From the NCBI GenBank assembly GCA_965215195.1, contig CBDCDC010000002.1, positions 2,432,001-2,496,000 of the forward strand: DNA of 64,000 nt, read 5' to 3'. This DNA comes from Candidatus Latescibacterota bacterium. Its GTDB lineage: Bacteria > Latescibacterota > UBA2968 > UBA8231. Every line of letters starts with the position of its first letter. Position 1 is the first letter of the stretch. The notes beneath the pieces are model-generated. The model did not search any database, had not been told where the DNA came from, and worked only from the letters and a program-made list of their open reading frames with translations. Shown one piece after another: positions 56,935 to 64,000 of this stretch. The position numbers and the translations under genes were made by a program.

Positions 56935-57567
56935 GGTCTCCTCCGCGATGATGGTCATAATCGTCTCAGATTTATACACCAAACCGCTCAAAATGGCAAG
57001 ATCGACTAAGTAATTGGCCTTGACGGTCTCGTCCATGGGCACCTCTTGCGCCCGGTGGACACACTGGCGCAACCACGCCTCGGCATCCACTCCCACTGGC
57101 CGCTGCATCAACGGCGCAAACGGGATCAAGCCCATAAGGCCGCGGTTGAGGATGCGTTGACCGTCCAATGCACTCAGCCGAATCACCTTGTATTGCACCA
57201 GTACGCGGTAGCCGTGCCGCTCTTGGAGATAGTACCCCGGATCGGTGCGGCCAGCGTCGGGACGCAGGTAGACGACGTTGGAATAGATGGGTATGCCGTG
57301 CAGCTCAATGCCGCGTCCGATATAGCCGGCCATGCGCTGCGGCATGGGTAGTTTGCTGTCGGTGGTTTGAAACTCGTGATGAACCAACGCTTCGTCATTA
57401 GCGACGCGCACGTGGATGAGGCTGTCGGTGCGGTGGGCTTCGACGGTGGGTTGCTCGGTGTCAACAACGCCGATGACTTCGACGTCGTCTTGGGGGAGGG
57501 CGAAGTGGGCGAAGTCGTGGGGGTAGGTGTGGATGAGATGTTTGGCGATGGTATCGAATTCGGCCAT
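56692..57567 (-). CDS. Rpn/YhgA-like PD-(D/E)xK nuclease (putative transposase family)
   Basis: FD...K.L, TDSL...HHEFQT, MPQRM..Y, EKGIEQGIEQG C-terminal repeats. Confidence 0.88.
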   Translation of the reverse strand: MAEFDTIAKHLIHTYPHDFAHFALPQDDVEVIGVVDTEQPTVEAHRTDSLIHVRVANDEALVHHEFQTTDSKLPMPQRMAGYIGRGIELHGIPIYSNVVYLRPDAGRTDPGYYLQERHGYRVLVQYKVIRLSALDGQRILNRGLMGLIPFAPLMQRPVGVDAEAWLRQCVHRAQEVPMDETVKANYLVDLAILSGLVYKSETIMTIIAEETMYESSVVQYFTEKGIEQGIEQGIRESIQDVLALRFDAAASDPLAARLGAIDDVQRLKQLHRMAIQVHSLEAFRHLLDAAD

Positions 57568-57724
57568 GAGCCATGCCTTGGGTTACGGGTGGGGTGGTAT
57601 CCGCAACGGGCAAGAATCGTGCCAAGGCGGCGGCTCAGAGGGGCGGAGGGGGATAGGAGGTGCTGGAGTGTAGCGGAAAGGATACAGAGATGGGAACATT
57701 GAGGACAAAAGCGGCGTACCGTTT

Positions 57725-58021
57725 TTATGGCATGGATGCCGCTGTATGCGCGAGTGAATCGCCGATTCGATCAACCGCAACCTTATTGCGGAAATAGAAC
57801 AGGTCGTCCGCTGTTATGCCCGCTAGTTTCATCCCGATTTCCAGCATGTGAGGACGTAGCTTGCTGCTTAGATAGACAGAGAGACCAGCACCCGTTATCG
57901 CCCCCAATATATTCCCAAAACCTGGTACAATAGAGCCTCCTGCGCTTCCGGCTGTTATTAAAACGGCAGATATACCAAAATTATACCAATGAAATGCTTG
58001 ACGGAATAACGCGCTGTGCAA
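57725..58021 (-). pseudogene. Diverged duplicate of the C-terminal glycine-zipper domain of the upstream gene
   Basis: VPGFGNILGAITGAG..YL..L.P.ML...DLFYFRNK aligns with the 59155 gene C-terminus; no SD, TTG start. Confidence 0.6.
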
Positions 58022-58027
58022 AAGTAC

Positions 58028-59155
58028 TTATTGACTAGGATGAGATCCAGTGCCCAGTAAGCCGGCGTTTCTCTGGAAGGAAAGGGCTATTTGGTCGATG
58101 TGGTCCTTGTTGCGAAAGTAGAACAAGTCGACGTGTTCAAAGCCGGTAATGTTCAGAGCGAGATCGAGCATATAGGGCTGGAGATGTTTGTTTAGATACA
58201 TTCCCATGCCTGCCCCAACTAACGTGCCAGCGATACCACCGACCAAGTTACCGATTCCTGGTACGGCTGAGCCTATGGCACCCCCACCAAATCCCCCAGC
58301 AGTTGAAAGAACTGTTGATACGCCGAATCGGGACATTATGGTAAGGGCTTGCACGACTTGTATCTTGTTTTTAGAGGTACGATCAACAGTGCTGAATTTC
58401 TTCTCAGTCTTGATGGCATCGTATATCAGACGCGCACTAACTATAATTGCGCCGGCATAAGGGACTATCTCTCCGATACTGTCGGGCAGATCAAGGCCCA
58501 TATTGTCACTGAGAGTTTCGAGTCCGCTCTCTATTCCTTCCTCCCGTTTGTAATCGAATCCTACATCGGTCATTTGGTCAATGAGACCGGGGCTTTGCTC
58601 AGAAATTTTGTCGTAGATTTCTGTGCTCACCGCATAGCTAATATCTGGATTGCCCTGCATTAATTGCTCTACATTGCCAGAGTAATCGGCTCCGCCTGTT
58701 TTGACCTGCCAGAGGCTAGGTTCTCCATCGGGAGAAGTGGCAGAAACATCCCAAACTGGCTGATTGGGATTTTGGGCGATCTCTACATCGGTGTAACCGC
58801 GATCCTCTAGCATATTTTTGGTATCGATTTCGGCGACTTTACCTTTGAGGGCATTTATGAAGCCGTCAGTGGAATCCTGACCTCGTTGTAACAGCTCTTG
58901 ATAGTGGTCGGTTACCGTTCCGTCGTAGTTGCCGAAAGCCATTTCGTGGGCCTGTGTAATCTTGTCGTCCACATTGATAGTATCGAAAATACCCCACATT
59001 GCGAATGAGGTCGCCGCCGCCGCTTCTGACGCATAAAATGCTCGATCCATGCCTAGTAGGTCAGAGATCGTATCTCGAAAGGATTTGCTCTGGCCAGATT
59101 TTGTGACGGGGAGTTTCCGTAGTTCTGGGAGCAGATTTGAAGATTGCATGGTCAT
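58028..59155 (-). CDS. Protein with PD-(D/E)xK-like domain and C-terminal glycine-zipper membrane segment
   Basis: KGKVAE...PVWDV...WQVKTG; GGFGGGAIGSAVPGIGNLVGGIAGTLVGAGMG. Confidence 0.7.
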   Translation of the reverse strand: MTMQSSNLLPELRKLPVTKSGQSKSFRDTISDLLGMDRAFYASEAAAATSFAMWGIFDTINVDDKITQAHEMAFGNYDGTVTDHYQELLQRGQDSTDGFINALKGKVAEIDTKNMLEDRGYTDVEIAQNPNQPVWDVSATSPDGEPSLWQVKTGGADYSGNVEQLMQGNPDISYAVSTEIYDKISEQSPGLIDQMTDVGFDYKREEGIESGLETLSDNMGLDLPDSIGEIVPYAGAIIVSARLIYDAIKTEKKFSTVDRTSKNKIQVVQALTIMSRFGVSTVLSTAGGFGGGAIGSAVPGIGNLVGGIAGTLVGAGMGMYLNKHLQPYMLDLALNITGFEHVDLFYFRNKDHIDQIALSFQRNAGLLGTGSHPSQ

Positions 59156-59167
59156 GTCGATTGCCTC

Positions 59168-59896
59168 CTAAGTGAGAACGACGACAAGCGCGGTAATGGC
59201 GAAGGCGGCAGAGATAATTGCGATGGTGGTAAGCCGGTTTCGGGTCCGGCGCGCATCTTGGCGCAGGGCCCCCAACGCTTTGTTCAGGGTCGCTTGGGTC
59301 TGCTCACCAAGTTCGGCTTTGGCGGTACCCAAGTTTGCCTCGTATTGTTTGGCCTGTTCGCCGAGAGCCTTTTGGGTAATCTGGTCGTGAGTTTCATTTA
59401 GCTGTTTTTGGGCGTTTTCTAAGGCGACCTCATATTGTTTGGCCTGTTCGCCGAGAGCCTTTTGGGTAATCTGGTCGTGAGTTTCGTTTAGCTGCTTTTG
59501 GGCGTTTTCTAAGGCGACCTCATATTGTTTGGCCTGTTCGCCGAGAGCCTTTTGGGTAATCTGGTCGTGAGTTTCGTTTAGCTGCTTTCGGGCGTTTTCT
59601 AAGGCGACCTCATATTGTTTGGCCTGTTCGCCGAGAGCCTTTTGGGTAATCTGGTCGTGAGTTTCGTTTAGCTGCTTTCGGGCGTTTTCTAAGGCGACCT
59701 CATATTGTTTGGCCTGTTCGCCGAGAGCCTTTTGTATAGTGTCGCTGAGTATTTGCTGTAGGTTATCGTGCTCGGCTATGTGCTGGCTTAGGAGTTCATT
59801 CTGACGAATGACCCGAGGAATGAGTTCTTGGTTGATTCGATCCTGTTCCTCCCAGAAACGCACTTTTTCCTCTATTCTGACTGGTTCAGACATCAT
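59168..59896 (-). CDS. Tandem-repeat coiled-coil protein with C-terminal TM anchor
   Basis: AAGGAG SD; 30-aa repeat QKALGEQAKQYEVALENA(R/Q)KQLNETHDQIT x4.4; hydrophobic tail. Confidence 0.8.
   Translation of the reverse strand: MMSEPVRIEEKVRFWEEQDRINQELIPRVIRQNELLSQHIAEHDNLQQILSDTIQKALGEQAKQYEVALENARKQLNETHDQITQKALGEQAKQYEVALENARKQLNETHDQITQKALGEQAKQYEVALENAQKQLNETHDQITQKALGEQAKQYEVALENAQKQLNETHDQITQKALGEQAKQYEANLGTAKAELGEQTQATLNKALGALRQDARRTRNRLTTIAIISAAFAITALVVVLT
59341..59734. repeat. 90-bp tandem repeat, ~4.4 near-identical copies
   Basis: Units begin at 59341, 59431, 59521, 59611, 59701. Confidence 0.95.
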
Positions 59897-60133
59897 TGGT
59901 CTCCTTGCAATTTGGCGCGTGGGCGTAGGGGCTAGAACTATTCAGTGCCAGAGTTTTCTCCTGTGATCGAAAGGTATCCATCGAGAGCAACCCCGTGATT
60001 TTCCACCAGCATTGCACCGGACGGTGAATGCTTGACGCCCTGGGATTGGCGGCTCATAATACTCAAGAACTTGTGAAAATGCAAACGGAAAAACGGTGCT
60101 TCTAAACGACAAAAACAAAACGGAGTTTGCTAT

Positions 60134-61471
60134 ATGTCCGCTGAACAAAGCAACATCCGCGAGGCCCCCACTCATCTCGGCGGCCTCTTACGCAATATCG
60201 GCCCCGGCGTCGTTGTCTCCGGGTCAGTGGTCGGCTCCGGCGAGTTGTTGGTGACGACGCGGATGGGAGCCGAGGTCGGTTTCGTCTTTCTCTGGGGCGT
60301 GATCTTGGCCTGTTTGGTCAAATTTGCCATTCAGCTCGAATTGGGTCGGCAGTGCCTGTTGCGCAAGAGCAGCACCGTGCAAATCCTCGACCAAGTGCCG
60401 GGCGTGCGCTGGCGCGGCACCTCGTGGATCGCGTGGCTCTGCGTGGTAGGCTACTTCTCGGTGACAGTGGCCGTCATCGGCATCTTGGGGTCGGTGGCCG
60501 GGCTGATGGTCGCGGTGTTCCCTTTTGCATCCGAACAGGTGTGGGCGGTAGTAATTTTTCTCGCCATGTCGGTTTTGCTCTGGCGGGGATTGTACGGCGA
60601 CTTGGAGAAAATGGTCTCCGCGCTGGTGGCGACCTTCAGCTTGGTCGTCGTCGGATCGGTGCTCGCACTGCAAGGCACGAGCTACGCCATCAGCAGCGCA
60701 CAAATCGCCTCGGGCTTCCGCTTGGCCATGCCGGCCGAAGGCGCGTTTGTGGCCCTCGCGGTGATGGGATCGGTCGGCGCGACCGCGGTCGAGCTTTTCA
60801 TGTATCCCTATTGGATCGTGGAAAAAGGCTACCCGGACTTTGTCGGGCCAAAAGACGATAGCCCCGCATGGCAGGCGCGCTACCGGGGCTGGATGCGAGT
60901 CTTGATCGCGGATGCGGGCGTGTGTACGGGCATCGCGCTGATAGTTACTTGCGCGTACTACCTGCTGGGCGCGTCCGTGCTCAATCAGCTACAAGTCCTG
61001 CCCGAAGGCATGAAGGTCGTCGAGCAAGTCTCGCTAATTTTCACCGAGAGCATCGGGGGCTGGGCGTACTACATCTTCATGTTCGGGGGGTTTTGTACGC
61101 TCTTTTCCACCCTGCTGGTCTTCGCCGCTTCTTCCGGGCGGATCGGCGCCGACTTTCTGCGGCAACTAAGGGTGAGCGCACTCGTCGGAGAAGAGGGCTA
61201 CCGCCGCTGGATCCGCATTTTCCAAATAGTCTTCCCGTTTGGCTGGCTGCTTTTCATATTGTTCGACCCGCGCACTCTCGACTTCGTGCTCAAAGGGGCC
61301 AACGTCAACAATCTGTTGCTCATCCCCATGGCTTATGCCGTGCTGCACTTGGCCATGCGCACACCCGCGGACGAGCGCATGTCGCTGAAGACCGAGTTGG
61401 CGCTGCTGTTTACGATCTGGGCCATCATCAACTTCACGGCGATCAATCTGTTTCAGCTATCCGGGCACTAG
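60134..61471 (+). CDS. Nramp-family-like (APC fold) transporter
   Basis: GPG....VGSGEL, K..IQ.E.GR, YPYW..EKGY, many TM helices. Confidence 0.8.
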   Translation: MSAEQSNIREAPTHLGGLLRNIGPGVVVSGSVVGSGELLVTTRMGAEVGFVFLWGVILACLVKFAIQLELGRQCLLRKSSTVQILDQVPGVRWRGTSWIAWLCVVGYFSVTVAVIGILGSVAGLMVAVFPFASEQVWAVVIFLAMSVLLWRGLYGDLEKMVSALVATFSLVVVGSVLALQGTSYAISSAQIASGFRLAMPAEGAFVALAVMGSVGATAVELFMYPYWIVEKGYPDFVGPKDDSPAWQARYRGWMRVLIADAGVCTGIALIVTCAYYLLGASVLNQLQVLPEGMKVVEQVSLIFTESIGGWAYYIFMFGGFCTLFSTLLVFAASSGRIGADFLRQLRVSALVGEEGYRRWIRIFQIVFPFGWLLFILFDPRTLDFVLKGANVNNLLLIPMAYAVLHLAMRTPADERMSLKTELALLFTIWAIINFTAINLFQLSGH

Positions 61472-61690
61472 CAGCGCAGATTTCGTTTCGCCGTTTCAGC
61501 ATCCTCTCCGATAGGGTTTAACAGGCGGCCCTTTTTTACGTGCGCTTACCACTCGGCTACGCTGCCGACGCGAAAAACCCTCATTCCACTTCTTGGGAAT
61601 CCGCGCACCTTGGGGCCGCCGCGCCATCCACTCTCGCCGCCATTTTTGCCGCGCCATGTACTCGCGCTCCTTTCCGCTAGTATCCCGCCT

Positions 61691-62440
61691 CTACTGTATT
61701 TCCAACATATCCTCGTAGCGCAGCCCGCTGCCTCCGAAAATATCCAGTGCCGCTCCCACCGTAAAATCCAATTTCCCTTGGCCGAGCCGGCCGATAATCT
61801 CGATGTCCGCGGTGCTGCACACGCCGCCGGCGTACGTCGTTGGGATGGGCGCGATCTCGCCCAAGAGCGCCACGAGTTCGGCATCAACCCCCTGCTGCTT
61901 GCCTTCGACCCCGGTGGCGTGAATGAGGAATTCGCTGCAAGACTCGGCGAGAAGCGCCAAGTGGTCCGCGCTAAGTGCAAAATCCGTGGCCTTTTGCCAG
62001 CGGTCGGTCACCACCACGTAGCGCCCATCGCGTTTGCTGCAACTGAGGTCTAAGACCAGCTGGTCGCGCCCCACCGCAGCCACCATGTGCGCCAGCCGAC
62101 TGCGGTGGAGCTGGCCGTCGCTAAAGACGTATGAAGTGACGATCACCTGCGCGGCACCGCGGCCGAGCCAAGCCGCCGCATTGTGCGGGCGGATGCCGCC
62201 GCCGACCTGCAAGCCCCCGGGGAAGGCGGCCAACGCCTGCGCGGCCGCGCCCTCGTTGCCCGGGCCGAGCATGATGACGTGGCCGCCAGCGAGCTGGTCG
62301 CGGCCATAGCGCGCTGCAAAGTACTCAGGAGGATGGGGGGCAATGAAGTGGGTTTGGGGGAGCGCGCCGTCGCGCAAGCTGGTGCCGACGATCTGCTTGA
62401 CCCGCCCTTCGTGCAGGTCGATACAGGGCCGGAAGCGCAT
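61691..62440 (-). CDS. hisA: ProFAR isomerase, eukaryotic (His6)-type HisA
   Basis: FRPCIDLH.G.VKQIVG, GGHVIMLG, LVLDLSC, EFLIHA..VEGK, TVG.ALDIFGG. Confidence 0.9.
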   Translation of the reverse strand: MRFRPCIDLHEGRVKQIVGTSLRDGALPQTHFIAPHPPEYFAARYGRDQLAGGHVIMLGPGNEGAAAQALAAFPGGLQVGGGIRPHNAAAWLGRGAAQVIVTSYVFSDGQLHRSRLAHMVAAVGRDQLVLDLSCSKRDGRYVVVTDRWQKATDFALSADHLALLAESCSEFLIHATGVEGKQQGVDAELVALLGEIAPIPTTYAGGVCSTADIEIIGRLGQGKLDFTVGAALDIFGGSGLRYEDMLEIQ

Positions 62441-63537
62441 TAGCTGTCGCAGCGGTACTCTGCGAGTGCGTCCTCGTCGAGGGTGACGCCGAGGCCCGGG
62501 CCGGCGGGTGGGCGGATGTACCCGTCGGCGATGGGCAGCTTTTCGCGGATGACGTCCCCGCGGTGATAGACGCAGCCGTTCACGTCGCTGGCGTAGCCCA
62601 AGTTGGGCATGGCAAAGGCGAGGTGGGCTTGGGCGGCCGTGCCGATCCCCAGCTCGGGCATGCTGCCGATGATACAGGGCAGGCGCGCCGCTTCGGCAAT
62701 GGCGAAAATGCGCGCGGCTGACCCCAAGCCGCCGGCTTCGGACACGTACACGTTGAAGACATCAACGGCTTGGTGGCGGACGCAGTTGAGGGCGTCGGCC
62801 GGCGTCCAAACGCTCTCGTCGGCCATGATGGGCAGGGAGACGCGCTCGCGGACAAAGCGCAGCCCGTCTAAGTCGTCGGCCGCTAAGGGCTGCTCGACCA
62901 GTTCCAAGTCAAAATCCGCGATCGCTTCGATGCTGCGCACGGCTTCCTTGGCGGAGGGCCAGCCCATGTTGGCATCTACGCGCAAGACGACCTCGCTGCC
63001 GACTGCGCTGCGCACGGCTGCGAGCACGGCTAGGTCGGCGCGAAGGTCCCGCCCGATCTTGGCCTTGAGGGTCTTGTACCCTTGTGCCACCAGACTTTGG
63101 GCTTGGGCGGCGATGGCTGTGGGGTCGCCCATGGACAGCGAATGACTCAGCAACACGCGGTCGCGGACTAGGCCGCCCAGCAGTTGGTACACGGGCACGT
63201 CGCAGGCTTTGCCGACCAAGTCGTAGAGGGCCATTTCAATGCCGGCCTTGGCCGGGAAGGAGCGGTGCAAGGCTTGATTCATGCGGTCGGCGATCGCACG
63301 GATGCAGCGCGGGTCCAAGCCGCAAAGCACATCGGCGAGCAGCCCGTTGATGGCCTCGCTTTCCCCGCGGCCGCGGCGGTCCCAGATGCTGGAGGCTTCG
63401 CCGAGGCCGGTGAGGCCGGCGTCGGTGTGAATTAAGACGACCGCGTTTTCAGAGGCTTGGTGCGTGCCGAGGCTGCTTTGGAAAGGCTGCGGCCTTGGCA
63501 CGCGCACGGGTATGGCTTCGACGCGGGTGATTTTCAC
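62440..63537 (-). CDS. Muconate cycloisomerase-like enolase superfamily enzyme
   Basis: KAKIG, RVDAN, EQP, ADES, GPGLG. Confidence 0.9.
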   Translation of the reverse strand: MKITRVEAIPVRVPRPQPFQSSLGTHQASENAVVLIHTDAGLTGLGEASSIWDRRGRGESEAINGLLADVLCGLDPRCIRAIADRMNQALHRSFPAKAGIEMALYDLVGKACDVPVYQLLGGLVRDRVLLSHSLSMGDPTAIAAQAQSLVAQGYKTLKAKIGRDLRADLAVLAAVRSAVGSEVVLRVDANMGWPSAKEAVRSIEAIADFDLELVEQPLAADDLDGLRFVRERVSLPIMADESVWTPADALNCVRHQAVDVFNVYVSEAGGLGSAARIFAIAEAARLPCIIGSMPELGIGTAAQAHLAFAMPNLGYASDVNGCVYHRGDVIREKLPIADGYIRPPAGPGLGVTLDEDALAEYRCDS

Positions 63538-63540
63538 GGG

Positions 63541-64000
63541 TCAGGTGAGGCGATAGATGCTGAGGGCGGTGTTGCCGTAGGTCCGCTGCTGGGCGAGCGC
63601 GAGGTGGCCGCTGTGCTCGGGCACGTCCAAGTCGACTTGGTGCTGCACGAACAGCAGGCCCTCGTCGTTAAAGAGCGCGGATTCCCCGAGGGCTTCAATT
63701 AGGCCCAGCAGGAGCGGGGCACCGCAGTAGCGGGCGTGGTACGGGGGGTCGGCGTACACGATGTCGAAGCGGTGGCCAGCCGCTGCCAATTGGGGGATGA
63801 GGTGTTGGGCCTTGAGCGAGTGCAGGCCGGCGACGCCGGCTCTCCATTGGTAGAGCAGCGTGCGGATCTGCCGCCGCCGCCGATGATCTGGCTCGTTGAG
63901 CTCGACGCTCGCGCCCCGGCTCAGTGCTTCGAGCCCCATCTGGCCCGAGCCAGCACACAGGTCGAGGAAGGCACGGTCCTTCAGATCCGGGCCGAGCATG
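63541..64000 (-). CDS. rsmD: RsmD-family methyltransferase (5' end outside window)
   Basis: FLDLCAGSGQMGLEALSRGA, DPPY, R.YG.T. Confidence 0.85.
   Translation of the reverse strand, partial: MLGPDLKDRAFLDLCAGSGQMGLEALSRGASVELNEPDHRRRRQIRTLLYQWRAGVAGLHSLKAQHLIPQLAAAGHRFDIVYADPPYHARYCGAPLLLGLIEALGESALFNDEGLLFVQHQVDLDVPEHSGHLALAQQRTYGNTALSIYRLT

Noticed and set aside
9412-63350. Numerous long antisense or alternate-frame ORFs over GC-rich genes (e.g. 9412-10206, 20876-22072, 27116-28126, 52033-52911)
   Set aside because: Expected shadows of high-GC coding sequence, lying opposite well-supported genes.

Overview
GC-rich bacterial chromosome segment. Gene content (three PhyH dioxygenases, FG-GAP/ASPIC proteins, a 'PNPFN' C-terminal sorting-type domain, plant-type LRR and FN3 proteins, Rpn nuclease, DUF6785-like transporter) suggests an uncultured FCB-group sponge-symbiont-like organism such as Latescibacterota; this is inference. 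No rRNA, tRNA, CRISPR array, integrase or reverse transcriptase was seen. Most of 8-24 kb and 38.6-64 kb is ordinary metabolism and transport. Four accessory loci stand out. (1) 1-7.65 kb: a translationally coupled operon of three full-length dynamin-like GTPases plus a fourth gene missed by the ORF track (starts at 626, runs off the left edge, carries acidic D/GPF tandem repeats). (2) 26.5-38.4 kb: a mosaic island of secreted or lipoprotein genes, with four sigma-54 promoters, remnants of a sigma-54 activator, shuffled modules and two phage-fibre-like paralogs. (3) 56.7-59.9 kb: an Rpn gene with a nested internal start, next to a repeat coiled-coil anchor and a PD-(D/E)xK-like glycine-zipper pair. 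(4) An IS982-like element plus two MITE families carrying REP-like palindromes. Family names come from motif recognition only; no searches were run.
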